Below are positions 1 through 13,600 of a DNA stretch of 64,000 nt, piece after piece; the stretch's first letter is position 1, and each line of letters begins with the position of its first letter. A model generated the notes under the pieces. It did not search any database. It saw nothing but the letters and a program-made list of their open reading frames with translations, and was not told where the DNA came from. A program made the translations under genes and the position numbers. Source of the stretch: Klebsormidium nitens (Eukaryota > Plantae > Klebsormidiophyceae); contig DF237110.1 in the NCBI GenBank assembly GCA_000708835.1, positions 100,195-164,194 of the forward strand, given 5' to 3'.

Positions 1-1387
1 TCCCATATCCGGGACAACAGCGAAAATTCCCAATCACTTTTGGATTCTGAACCAAAAGCCGTATTGAAATGGATCGAGTATTCTTTCGAGATCGTCGGCA
101 GCTTGTTTCTGGCGCTTGTAGGAAGGACAACGTTGAGTTGTCAGCAAAATGGCGGTCACGTGGAAATCTTTCAACGTCGGATCGGAGTGGAATCCTGCAG
201 CTTACGCATGATGCTTGTGCTCTGATTTATGTTTGGCACACTCTTTCTGAGACCGGTTTATGACCTCTCTGTTGCTCTCCCTGCAGTTATGCGAATTGTC
301 CCCTCACCTTTCTCGGAGCACTCTCGAGCAGCATGTGCCTCACACGCTGCTCCGCTCTATTTATCAAGCCGAGTACACTCTACAAGCACTACCGGTAAAC
401 ACGCAAGTCCCAGCAGCCGTGCAGAGTGGAAAAGGCAGCAGCATGACAGCACGTCTTGCGTCATCTTAAGTATAGTGTACAAGGCGGGGAATATGAGTTG
501 AACAGTTACAGGTATCTTTTATCTGGTTAGCAGTGGATCTGTCCGAGGTAGTTTGGAAACCTGAGATCTAGATTTAAGCGGTTTAGCGACTCGAACGCTG
601 GTGCTTTTGCATTTTGCTGCAAACAAGCGGGCTTGCAACATACTGGTAAGATATGTAACGAATAATAGCGGCATGCCTGCAAATCCATAACGATATGTTA
701 GCACGTTTGAAGGGCTACTGGAGCCGCAAACCTCAATCTGGAATCTGGATGCTAGCTAGAAGAGTATGATAGGAAGGTTTGTGAGAAGTTTCTGGGTCTC
801 ACTGCCTTGGTGGCCCAATATTATTTTTAGAAATTGGAGAATCTTGATGTCGTCTGAGTTATACGTCCAATTGGTCGTGCCCTCGTTGACCGCTTTGGAA
901 GTCACTTTGTGTCCGTGCTAGTACGACTCAGCTTGCACATGATTGGTTGTAAATAATCTAGCTGCTTTACATCTTCTGCATAGGGCGATAACGCATGCAT
1001 GCAGTGCAAGACCACAGGTAGGTTGCGCGACGCGGTTCTGATCCCGGATCGAACATTGATGAAGATCATATAAAGTAGCTTGCATGCATGTGCTCCGGGC
1101 CCATGCTAGATATACTATTATATATCAGCTGGCCCGATCATTACATCACATGTACAGTGATCTCTTGAACTTGCATGATTGGATCATATAATCCGATGAT
1201 CCCAGTCACTGAGTCTCTCGATCATTGAACGCATTGCCAGTATTCGCTTGGAATCTAAAGTCCATGCCAGCACGCTGCAATGAAGTGGAGAAACTGTTTA
1301 ACTTGTTGAATGGTGCAACTTTCCGAGTTCGTTAGACAACACTTGCGGATGCCTGAATCACGAGATTATCAGCACCGTGACTTTGCC

Positions 1388-4300
1388 TCATGCTGTCCTT
1401 CGAAGACAAAAGAAGGACTTGATCAGCGTCTGCCCTTGCGTTTGCCCTTCCGACTTCGCTCTTCCTGCAAACTCACTCGCAGGCACGCCAGGCGAGCTCG
1501 ACTTCGGCTTCTTCCCTCTTGGTCCGCTTTGTCCTGTGTTTGCAACTCGGCTCCCGCCTGGAATGGTCACTTTTCGCTTCCCCCTTGGCTTTTGGTCCGT
1601 TTTCATCTTTGCTTGCTCTATACTTCGAAGAATGTATGCTTGCTCCCTGCTGTCAATCGCCATTATGTCAACACTAATCTCGCAGCTATGTACAGTGCAT
1701 TCCGTAGACAGACCGCTCGTCGGGTGGGGACCTTCAAAGGTTTCATGGCCCTCCTCCTCTGACGCTTGGGCGCAAGGGCGCACTTCGCCATCATCTTTTC
1801 GGCCATTGCACGTTGCAAAGTCCACATTCCCGTGATTACTCTCCTTCTCGAGCTCTGCCGTTCTGTTCCCCAATCGACCCACTTCGGTGCTTATCTTGCC
1901 GCGCTCGTCAGAAGGCAAAAGCGCGCCAGCAACAGATCTCTTCCGCGCTTCCTGCTCAACCCCTTCTGGTGCGCAATCGCAGTCCCACGCACTCTGGGAA
2001 ACCGTTCCGTCACCAAGAGGACTGTCCGTCACTTTCCCCCTAGCTTCGTCCGTACACAGTTCCGCCTCACGGGCGGTTCCGCCGGAACGCAGCAGCCGGT
2101 CCACCGGAATCTCTTCCCAGGACCCCCCGTCGTCGCCGTCCTGGTGGCCAATCTGCCACGTGTCCGAAACCTCGGCCGCCGTTTCATCTGTGTCCGAACC
2201 TTCGAAATATCCCTGCGAACTCTCATTCCCAACCCCCAGATCTCCATCCGCCCCTTGCCCCCAACACTCAGCAACTTGGCCCCCTTCATGCAAGTTTGCT
2301 TCTCTCGTCCTTCCGCCCATCCTCGATTCTGACCATTCAAAACCCCTCCCCTCCTCTGGCCCCAGCCCCTGTTTCTGGCCCCCAGAGTCTCCCCCGCACT
2401 CACTCTCCAAGAAAGGGCGGCTTATTTTCTCAAGAATTCCGTCCGAGGCTCCCCCGTTCTTAGCCGCATCACTTTCCCCACCAGTGGCAGCTTCCGCCCA
2501 GTTCTCAGTGCGTCCCTCGCAGGCCTTCTCTAAGCACTCATCTCCCAACCCCGACGCTACTTCCTGCTTACATCTTCCATCCGCGGCTCTCGCGACATCG
2601 ACTGGTTGAAAGCTGCTGGTGTCTAGACCTTCTTGAAAGGCCGATTCTTGCGTCTCTTTGAACCGCGTTTCCTGGCCGTGAGACTCGAACTGCATTCCAC
2701 TCTCCCCCCCTTTCACCAGGCCGTCTGTAGCACCCTCCCATAATAGGGTGTCCGATCCCCCGTCAATGCACTCTTCTTCGCCTCTCTCGGAGACCTCCTC
2801 GTCAAACTCGCTGAACGCGGCTTCCTCATCAGGCCCCTCGCAATCCAAACCTTGGACCCCGATAAGCTCCTCAAACCCTTGGTTTTGCTCCGCAAACCCT
2901 TCCTTCCGCTCCTCAGACCCTTCTTTGAGCTCCGCAAACCCTCCCTTTCGCTGCTCAGAGCTTTCGTTTCGGTTCGCAAACCCTTCGATTAGCTCCTGAT
3001 ACCCTTTGTTTAGGTCCTCAGACCCTTCATTCCGCTCGGCAAACCGTTCCTTTCGCTCCTCACACGCTTCGGTTAGCTCCTCAAACCCTTCGTTTCGCTC
3101 CGCAAACCCTTCGTCCCGCTCTGATCCGCAGCCCGCTTCATCTTCTCTCATCACCGAAGCTTCCATTACCCCCTCCGACAAAAGCTCTGATTCTCCAAAT
3201 TGCGGCTCGGCCTCTCCCGCAAAGGTGACCTGGTCCTGCATCTTCGCAGACGGGCACATTCCGTTCAGACCCCTTGTCCGGAATGCGTCCGCGCTTTCGT
3301 CCGGACGCTTGCTCGCACAAACGTCAGGGCTCTGCGTGTCCGTGGTTGGAAGGCCGGAATCTAGGCGTTTTGCGGGGCGCGGCCGGAAGAAGGCATCGAT
3401 GCGGTACCTGGAGAGAAGTACTCGTCAGCATTTGCGAGTGGTGTCCATTGTGTCACGAAGTCATGACTCTTGTGTTGGTAGTCGGAATGAGCATACGGAT
3501 CTACGAAGACGAATACAAGCTGCACAGGGCAGAAACACGCTTGTCGCAAAAGATTCCACCAATAACCCTGCCAAGGACTAATTTCGATTGGTGGGTCGGG
3601 CTGCAAGCAGTCCGAAGAGTCCAGGACCGACGTCTACTTTCCAAAGAATGGTTGGAAAAGAACGCGCAAAATGCTACAATGCCAAAAACTCTCGTTGAAA
3701 GTTGGTGATGGTGCTCTGCAAGCGTACGGTCCCGTAAAATCGTTACACACAATTCAGACCCACCGGGATCCAATCCGACGGAAATTCTGCTGATGGAAGA
3801 CGTACAAGCAGAGAAGCAAGGCAGAGAAGGTGAAAATCAAAAGAATGGGGAAAGAAAAAGGAAAACGCACCTATTGGCGGACAGGTCCATTAGGTCCGCA
3901 AAGCGTGCTACCAGATTGGCCGCCTTCAACCTGCAGCACACTGGACTCGTCAGACAAAATGTCACTGCAATTGTCCTCCCCCTTAGCACTCTCCGGTCTT
4001 CCAGGATAAGGAGGAGGTCAATATTTCAATTCTGCTTTGGAGTAACGATCTTCAACCAGGATTACTATTGGTGTATGCGCTCTCTTCAGTCTGGTAATCG
4101 TGGTCGATTCTTTGAGAACCCTTTCAGATTCTGGCCAATAAAGTCATAGAACATGGCCGTACGACTTTCAGAATCTGTGACGTCAGGCAACAACTGCAGC
4201 CCACCACACCCGATACAACAAACTTCGAGCAAGCAATCGCGCAGCAACTGGGAGCTTTCCACAGCGTCTAGAACGTTCGAGGACAGAGAAAGCGGGAAAA

Positions 4301-7300
4301 GAAGCGGAGCCGAAACTGCTGGGGCTCTCACTTGGTGTCCGCATTAACGGTGGGGATGATCTTGCGGGGCCGGAGGGCCGCAATGCACGCGCGCAGGTCG
4401 TCGAAGCTCGAGTGCTCCTGCAGTTGGTATGAGTTGCTTACGTCACTTCGTATAGGAAGTTATTCAGGCAGTGGTGCTTTGACAAAGACTACCCTTTTTT
4501 GCAAAGACGAACCGGACACTCAGGCAGTTCACTGAAGTAGGTGCCTGGAGTAAGTAAGGCTATGCGGAATTCGTGTGAACGAATTCCGCTGCTGGGAGTT
4601 CGTTCAGATGAGTCAGGCGCTGACGGAGATTGTCAAAACGCGTGCCGTCTTCAAAGTTATTTTCAGGTGCCCTGACGAAGGATGGTCAACGAAGTCGTGG
4701 AACCGAGCCCGGTGAGGGTCTCATCCCGCAAGATACTCAGCTTTCAGACCCTGACCGATGCGGTGAGCCGACACGATGCATAATAGTCCTCTGGCTGACG
4801 AACACTCGAGCTTCGCAGTCATTTCTGCCATGGCTCCCAAGCAGAATCAGTGATTTGAATTCGAATCTAGCGTAAGAGAATCAAGAACCCTGAGACTGGC
4901 ACCGGCACCAAGCTGCTGTAGTCTAGCCACACGCTTGTGCGCCAGAAACGCGTGACCATCTGACGTGCGTCACCTGGTGCGCACTTTTGGGAATTCTCCT
5001 AAGAAATCTATTATACTTAAGTCACATGCGAACGATGGAAAACCTAGACCTGAACATTCACTTGCACCGCAACCGTGCCCACCCTTTACCCCCTTACTAA
5101 CCCTGACAATCCCAGGCTGGACAGTCATTGTATGTTAAGCTGAATAAAGGCAATTCCGAGACCAATAAGTGCTGGGGCCTCACCGAGTAGGGCACTCCAT
5201 ACACGGTGGCCAGCCCCTGCTTGGTGGTGTGCACACCGTCCTTTCGGAAACTCCACCCCGTCGGCTGCGCACGACAAACAGAAAAACTTCTGCTTCTTCG
5301 TGTATTGAGCATCGGGAATCAACTCTCCAGGCTTTCTGGCAGCAACCCGAGAGACTCGTTCAGTCAGTATATTACTTGGGCTTCGGATCGATCAAGGTCT
5401 GAACACTTTTTTAGAGACTACATGGCTTGCTTTCCCCCCCGGCTACTGGGTTGCAAACGCCGACCCTTTTTTCCTGAGAGCTGCATTGAGTGGTCTCAGG
5501 GGCCTGCTGATACGAGCTTGAGGGAAGCTCAAAAAAGGTTCAGTGCTTTTGCGGCAGGACACTGCTTGGGTAAGATGCTGACACAAGGCTTTTACGAACT
5601 CATATGCGGATTTTATTTGGAAACTGTCAGCCTCGTGCAGGAACCGAGCGCAGGCACAATCGAGCAGGGTTGGCCTTGACACGATGCACAAACAAAACGG
5701 AAGCGGAGAGACGGAGCACTCTTTTGGCTGCAAGCAACGGAAGCCCTGCCAACGAAAGAGAGAAGAGGGTTGTTGGGTTTTCGCGTTTGAAGGTTGAAAG
5801 ATTCTCGGATTTCAGTTTCGATGGATTTGATTTTGAGGGATTTATCAAGAGCAATGAGAAGTTAAAATCTCGGATTGCGGAAACTAGAGGGGAGGGCTTC
5901 GTCAGCTCACTCTGAAGCCGATGACCTGGGCCCACTTGCCGCCGCCCTCCTTCAAACGGCGCAGCATAGCCGGTGGGCGAACCTCCGACATGAAGCCTCT
6001 GCGGGGCGCGGTAAAAGCGGGGTAAGACGCGTGGCGACGTTCTGAAAGTGGTCAATTTGGCACGTCAGAATCGTTGCAAATCGGCCCGCAAACGTCGATG
6101 GGCGACTTGCCGAGTCAAAAGTGCTACAAAATGGCCCGCTGAAGACTCTCTCAAATCCTGGTTCTTCTCCCAAGATAGACGCAACCGACCCCCAAAAACG
6201 GCCAGTTAGCGTATCCAGGAATCCTCAAGCAGATTCGCGGCCTTACAAGGAAGGGATCGGTCAGTCTTGATTCTCTCCTTTACCATGTCTAGCCAGTATG
6301 AGAAAAAAAACAGATATCGAAGCCCAATCTCTGTCTTGATTCTCCCCTTCACCAAATCTAGTCTGTCAGAGACTCAAGCCGGAGATCGAAGCCCAGTTCC
6401 TTGCAGCCTCACAGGTGAATGTCTGCATCGGCCGCGTTCGGTGTGAAAAGGTCCATATCTTGCAGGTCCAGCAGAGAGAGGATGCGCCGCTTGCGCGGCT
6501 CGATGTGCACCCGCAAGCCGAGCGCCTTCGCGGCACCGATCACCGCGCGCTCCTTGCCGATCTGGTACGCTCCAAACACGAACAGCGGCCGCGCCTCGTC
6601 CAACAGATGCTTCCGGCACTGCGGCAGTGAGGAAAAACCGTTGATTCAAACCTGAGATTGAACATTATGAAAAAACGGGCTCGTATTTGGCAGGAGATTA
6701 GAAGATACGGGAAACTTGAAAGAAACTTGACCGTCCTTCTCAACGGAACGACAGCGGAGCTGTTTCAAATCCCAACGGCTGCAACAATGTTTCCGCTGGT
6801 TGCGTAGCCCGCGACGCAAGCATTTTCAAAGAAATCCGGGAAAACATTGTTTCAGAGAAGCAAAAGCGTGACAAGACACACCGAGTCTGTCGACACACCG
6901 TACACGGATCACCAGAACGTCGGGGAGTCAGGCTGTTAGCATCTCGGGGCTTAGAGCTACTCAGCCAAGGCAGAGATTAAAATGGTCAAAATCGTGATAG
7001 CTCCTGAAAGGCCTTCGGGGAGCGAGCTGGAAAGGAGCGGGGGACGCACCAGTCTCACGGTTGTCGCGATGGCGTCTTCTTGCGATGGGAAGGTGTGGCG
7101 GGGGTAGGCGTACCTGCACAATCACAATACGTCGGGATGTAATGCTAATGAGATGCTGATGTCATGCTCCACGTTCTGACGAGTGTCCTGTCTGCCGTGA
7201 GTGTGAGCAAGCAACTGAAGATGATTGACGTTTAGGCTCTCTCAAGTACCTTCTTCACAGGTTAAGCACAACTCGAAGCACAAGAAAGCAACCTTGTCGT

Positions 7301-9433
7301 TCTATTGCAGCGAACAAGGAGCTCAAAGGAAGATAAAGTCAATACTGTGACAGGTGGGTTTACTGGGGGGTTAGAGTATGTCCGTATGCAGAGCGAGCAA
7401 TCTTCTGCGTTAGATTGCTAGGTCAAGGGCTCACGTTCACAAAGCATTTGCTCACAGAATCGAGAAGTACAATTTCGTCCGATCGGGTTATGAAGCGTTT
7501 GGGTGCTCACGTGGTGTCCAGATATATGGTGTCAATGAGCGTGTTGCGCAGGCTGGGGTAGTCTGCCATGCGCTCGTGGTATCGAAAGTCTCCCGTGTGC
7601 AGGATTACCTGCGCCGGCCGCCCCCCGTGACCAGGTACCTGTTTGAAGGGACGCAATAAGGTTACGAAAATGAGCAGCTCTCTACGTACGAACGATATGG
7701 CGCCGCCCGGCGCAGTCAAGCAAACATGTAAATGTAAGAAGGAAGGTTTGAGGCAAAAAACGAATCAGAAGATGAAGGTTCTGAACCGGCATGTCAGCTG
7801 ATTGGATCCAAACAACTTGACCCGTGCGTTGCATGACAAGAGTGCTTCCGCCACCTTGCACAACCTCATGACATTGTACGGTTCTACCCTTGTTGTGCGT
7901 CCGTAGCGAGTCTTGCAAGGTTCGTTTGAGAGGCAGTAATGACATCTAGGAGACGGTACTATCGTTGAAAAGAGAGACAGGACGGTGGAAGAGGGTCTGC
8001 AGTTGACCAGTCCAAGAGGAAGATTGATCCCTTCTCTTGGAAGTCTGATATCCAGAATTCCTCAAGGTGCCACCTTGATACCAAAGTAGTTACCCTTCGG
8101 CTGGGTGGCCTTACTTGAAACCCTGCTAATGTAAGATTCTGATTGGTCTGTACTCACCGCTGAACATCCAAAAGAGGCTTGGGGGATCATATCAAAGTCA
8201 CCAGCGACGAGTACATTGTGAGCATACTTTAGATAAAAACCCAGTGGAAAATATAAGAGATACACGTGATCTTTTTCAAATGCCGCCAGCCCTTCACAGT
8301 ACGAGCGGAACAGACAGAGGCTTCCCACCTTGAAAAGGAGCATGACAGATCCGGGGCAGTGGTTCGCATCCAGTGCGGTGACTTCCACCCCATCGATCGT
8401 CACTGTTTTGTCCATAGGCAGAACCTGGATGCAGTCCGATCGCAGCCCCATGCAGTTGATCAGCAGCGCGGCAGTGATGCGCGAGCAAAAGATGGTCCCC
8501 GAATTGAAGGATCGGTAGAGACCAATCTGGAATGACGGGAAGACGGGGCTTACAATCATGACTGTCCCGGGGCTTAAGCGACTGGACTGGCTTGGCTCGA
8601 GGAACTTCTTGCAATTGCAAGAGGACTGTCGCCTTTCAACTTGTGTAGCTGCAAATCATGCTCTTTAAGCGAAAGAGCTTCAAGATCACGAAATGCCGGT
8701 GGCGGAGCTCAACTGACTAGACTGGCTTGGCTTGAGAATCTTCATGAAGTCGTCATGAGGACTGTCGCCCTTACATACTCTGTAGCTGTAAATGGTGCTC
8801 TTTGGGCAAAGAGCTTCAAGTGAAACATATCAGGTATGGGGTTTTTGGAATGGGGCCTGCTAGAAAAGGGAAATTTTGAGGACATTTTCAGGAGGGCTTC
8901 AAGTGAAACACATCGGATATGACAGTCAACGGGGCCTCCAAAAGGGGGCCACAACAGTATTGGAGAATTTCGATCGCTGAACTAATATTCTTCATACTGA
9001 GAAGCTTTGGAGAAGAAAACATGCTGGGCTGATGAAGTAAGGTCCACTCACCGTATGATCACTGTGAAAGTGGGTCAGAAAGTAGCGCCGGCAGCGCAGG
9101 TTCTGAAACTTGAAACCATCCACCTGCAAGAGTCAACGTTTCCGAAATTTGTTTAATTCAACGGCCCCACGCGCTGCAACAGAATTGGCATCGGAAGCCA
9201 TTGATTGGCAACTTGAAGAGCTCCTTGAACTGGAGGCAGCAAGCCAAACAACTAGAAGTTCCTGCTACAAAATTGGCAGAAATAACCAACAAAACATGAG
9301 CTCCAAAAAGGTTGTGAACTGACCCAATCCTGGTGTTCGCATTCAGGAATGGAAGAACGCAAAGAAGAGCTTCTGTTCTTACCATGAAGTCCGTTCCTGC
9401 GATCCATTTGATGGCTTCTTGCTGCAACGCCAT
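1388..9433 (-). CDS. SNM1: SNM1/PSO2 (DCLRE1)-family metallo-beta-lactamase/beta-CASP DNA cross-link repair nuclease with a long acidic C-terminal tail; 11 exons, ~1017 aa
   Basis: Hand-spliced GT-AG exons: 9433-9383, 9123-9052, 8526-8329, 7638-7511, 7113-7050, 6618-6413, 5998-5911, 5264-5184, 4417-4332, 3930-3871, 3407-1388 (3054 nt, in frame). Motifs: FLTHFHSDH, LDANHCPGS, HTGDFR, YLDTTY, GAYQIGKER, GFRPTGW, PYSEHSSF, IIPTVN. The last exon is in frame with the 623-aa ORF 1388..3259. Confidence 0.9.
2862..3113 (-). repeat. Coding 21-nt (7-aa) tandem repeat, ~12 units, inside the SNM1 tail
   Basis: The translation parses as EGFAERN EGFEELT EACEERK ERFAERN EGSEDLN KGYQELI EGFANRN ESSEQRK GGFAELK EGSEERK EGFAEQN QGFEELI. 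The plus strand shows recurring 'aaaccct' at 21/42-nt spacing. Confidence 0.8.
8579..8910. repeat. Degenerate tandem duplication (~135-nt unit) in SNM1 intron 2
   Basis: 'actggactggcttggctcgagga...gaggactgtcgcc...aagagcttcaag' at ~8579-8690 recurs as 'actagactggcttggcttgagaa...gaggactgtcgcc...aagagcttcaag' at ~8714-8820. A partial third copy 'gcttcaagtgaaaca' lies at ~8897. Confidence 0.75.
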
Positions 9434-10645
9434 GGCTACTGAAAATCACCAGCTTAAAAGCAGCTTCGCAATCTCAGTTCAACCCCAGCAGCGATGGCCA
9501 TGATCGTAATGCTCTTTGTTGTATTCTCGGGCTTGAAGGTTCGTTATCGAGCGCTATAACCTCTGTCAGCCAGCTTGCTGTACATGTTGTAAAGCTACGA
9601 ACAAGAGCACGATCAACAGCAGAGGTGGACAGACCGCCCTCCACATACTTCTGCCCTTTCTCTCCCTACAGAACTTCAGAAGCGCCATTGGCAGTGGCAT
9701 CCCGCCCACCTGCCCACCGCCTGACCGAGCTTCCTGACGGTTGACTCTGATGTCACGATGCAGAATATTGCGACCGGGGATTAGCTGGGTCGATTAGAAT
9801 TTAGGGAGGGCCCGGTCTAGTTCTCAGGCATTGACAAATTGGCATTGAGAGTTCGCGGGTTCAAATCTTGGCTGCGACTGGCTGCGACGCCTGTTGCATG
9901 CTTGAATCTTTCTATGGCGATCCAGCTGCTGAACCTGAGTCTCCGATCTGCGCTAGACAAAAAGTTGTGTAACAAGGAGTCCGGGCAAAAGGGGTTGCAA
10001 TACAAAACGCCTCAAATAGTTCAGATGTTTGTAATGTGCATGAGGCTTTCCTCTTTTCCTTCTAGCGTCCGAAGCGCGCGGCTCTCTGAGGCTCGGGGCC
10101 GCAAAGTTTTATCCCGCACATTGTCGAACAGCCACCGTTGTGCAATCTGTACTACATGTACACGAGAGCTCTGAAGTTGGCGCCGGACAGGCCGCGCGAC
10201 GGTCGGCAGACTCTGGCGGCCGTGTGCACAGATTACTATGATGACGCCTCATGAATTCCGCTTGCAAGCTCACGAGCTGGCAGCCAAGTTCGGCTTGCAT
10301 ATATAATCGTGTTTATCGCATGCTGCTTGATTCATGCACCGCCTGCCAGCACGTATCAATTGTTGTGATAGTCCTACCAAACTCCAGTGATCGTAGCTAC
10401 TTGTGACTGAAATCGTCGATGCATCGTGGGTACATTGACAGACTTACAAATGCTATTTATCCAATGTGGGACCAATATTGGACCAATTAATTTGCCAGGC
10501 CGGGCGCCAAGTTGGTTCAATCACCGCTTGCAGCAAGTCGTTGGGGCAAGCCGAGCAATAATACATAGGGGCATGACACGCGCATGACACAATCGACCAT
10601 AGACGGGCATGCGGGATACTCTAACTTTCCGTCTTCAGTTCGGGC

Positions 10646-13600
10646 TCACCACATATATCGTTGCGTGCCGCTCTCATGAGGCCACTCAAACGTTCTTCGC
10701 AGAAACAAGGACACCGCTCCAATATCTAATATTGCAAACAACACTAACTGCAACAACAACGTCGGTCGTCTCCTCTTTGACGGCATTGGCACGTGCAGGG
10801 CGGCCAAAAAGAACGGAACGTTGAAGTAACGGAACTCGATGAGCGGAGCGGGAACAAGGACGCCAAACGTGGCCATCAAATAGAAGAAGATCCAAAGCGG
10901 GCGTTGTGTCTTTGCTGCAAGAGAAAGAAAAAGCCACAGTTTTGTTGACACCTATCACGGCTGTTTGGCCCACGTCGGTAGCCACTATTTGTATCTCCAA
11001 GAAACACCAAGAAGAAGCCGCTGCAAGCTCCGCCATGCAACCATCCCATATGCCCCATACGTGGTCCCTCCATAAGTGCACAGAACAGACGGCTTTGGTA
11101 CCTCGTTGGATCTTTAGAAAGAGCTTGGGTCAGGCGGGGGGGATACCGTACTGCCATTCCCATTCGCACTAAAATGATTATTCTGAGGCCACTGCGAAAA
11201 GGAATCAACTAACTTTCAATCGAGGTGCGAAAATGCGAAATAAGAAAACAATTAGAAAAGACACTTTTCCGGCTGTTTTAAGTAGGGAAAAACGAAAAAG
11301 AGGACTTTTGCGAAAATTTTAAAAATTCGTTGAAGCTGGTGCGAAATAAAAAAACTTCAAAAATAAATATTCGCACCAGCATGGTGCGAATGGCAATGAC
11401 AGTACCTATAATCAAACTTTTCTACTGTAGGCAGGCCAGATCGGAGGTTTGCAGATCTAGAAGGACGAAGTTTGGCCCAAAATTGTCTCTCGAAAAAGCG
11501 TCCGGTTTCCCTCACCGAGCGACAGAACAAGCGACGTGGCTGCATATAAGTAGAACGGCACGAGCAGATACTTGACTGCCACGTGGCGCTTGAAGATCCA
11601 CCGCCAGAGGTAGAAGGGATAGTGCCGGTTGTCCGCGAGCAGGTATGGGTGCTCGATACTGCACGAATACAAGTTGTCTTTCTGAAACAGAGAAAACCAC
11701 GTCGAAGTCGCCCTAATGCCTTGTCTTCCTTCTCATCCATGACAGTGACATGCTAGCCCGGTAGCTAAGAAGCATAGCGGAAGACGGTTCTTTCACAACT
11801 GCAGATCCTTCAAGCACCGGCCCACGACTCCAACCGTTTTCGAGGATCTGGAAGTAGCTCTGCTCAGATTCCTCCAGATTATCAAGAATTGGGACTGAAA
11901 CCGACGTAAAGTGCATGAAGCGCTTGCTGAGACGCACCTGCGACTGCGAATCACTGTCAAGCGCGCACCAATTTTCAGACAGCGCTGTTCCGGGAATCGT
12001 TCGAGCACCGGAATATCCCACTTGCTACCTGAGTTCATCAATGAGGTAAGGAAAACCGCTGCAACAGCGGCGAGCGCAGGCGTTGAGACGCGACTCTGTC
12101 CGGTCTCCGCAACCGGCATAACCCTCGAAGCAGCCAGATTGCCACTCAAAGGTTGTTCTGATCAGACAATATACAGAGGTGAGAAGCCTCATTCTCACTT
12201 CTGTCGAGGCCCGGTTGGGTGCAGCGCACGATTCTTCGACGAGGGTTTCGCGAGATTCATTCTCGACAATGAAAAGGGGAACCTTGCTAGTGCTTACGTG
12301 AACCAGTGCACTGCCGCCAGCGCAGCCAGCAGAAGCGCGAGCGTCCTCCCGGGCGACCGTTTGACACGTGCGATGCCGTAAGCAGACACGTGGCTGACGT
12401 GGGCGGGGAGCAGCTGGACGGGAGCGAGCGCGCAGAAGACAAAGGCTAGGCAGTAGAGGAACTGGGGCATGTGCAGGCTCATCTTGTGGGCGTCTTTGGC
12501 GCCTGCGCAGGAAAAGTAGTGTCAATGCGCTTGGCAGTCCCTTGAGACTGGCGTTTTAACACAATAGAAAGTGTTGAAGGCCAATAAGCCCACGTTTCTG
12601 GTCAAGTTGACCCGAACAGCTTGGTACCGCCGTTATGCACCAGGTTCCATCCGCTGGCGTCCAAGAACACTGGTGTTAAGAATCATCACAGTGTTTCGTA
12701 GCCAACAACGATTGACACTATGTTTCGCATCTTCCCTCTGGAAAAGGAAGGTGGCCGGGTCCGGGAGGATTTTGTAAGGCCTCTTCGAAGCGAAGACTTC
12801 TCAGAGACAGCATCCAAGCGGTCCAGAGTCGCTCCAAAAGAACCAGCTTGCAGCGCAACCATGCGTCCAATGAGGGTCACTGTTTGGAAGGAGCAGACTC
12901 TTGCTTTCAGCAGAATTACCACTTCTGTCTCCCAACTTTCATTCAGCTCTAAATCGGTGAAGTCTTTGGTGTGACAATTCTGCCGACTGCTCACCCAGCA
13001 CGATGCCGCCGTTTCGGACGGCGAAGACCACGAACGCAGCAATAACGAACAGCAGCGGGCCGAACGTCCGCAGAACCGCCGTCCGATGGGTCCAGGCTCG
13101 CTTAGCCAGGGCCCACAGCGCGAGCGGTGACACTGCATCGCAGAGGGTACAAACACATTCTTTGTATATCGCGTTCCCTATTTGCATGTCTTCGAATGGA
13201 ACTGCTTCTCAGCAGGCTTAACATTTGCGGTCTCAGTTTCAACCGGCGATAAGTACGATCGAGCGGAAGTCTGAAACTCCAGCAACGACGCACAAAAACG
13301 AAGAAACGGGCTTGGAGGTCTTGGAAAGCTTTCCTCAGCCTTACGCACCTGAACGTAACGCCTGGAATGGTGTCAAAGCGACACACCTGATTCGGTCTTG
13401 TTAAGGCTCCGCTTGTCTAGCCGGTCGGACGGCATCCCGGATCCGGGGAGTGGCCAAAGAACCTCGGTCGCCCCAGTACACGTCACAAAGAGAGCCCAAA
13501 CCACGTTGGTCTGGCGAAAGAAGATGGCGACCACGGCCAGCTGCAGAGAAGGAAAATTCTATGGCTTCAAGGGCTTTATTGATGCAGACCGGTTTGAAAG

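Noticed and set aside
1-501. Open frame from base 1 to 225 and nearby ORFs as the end of an upstream gene
   Set aside because: No motif or splice evidence is visible within the window.
1310-3581. Several plus-strand Ser/Pro-rich ORFs (1310..1762, 1766..2332, 1887..2609, 3006..3581)
   Set aside because: They are antisense shadows of the Glu/Gly-rich SNM1 last exon.
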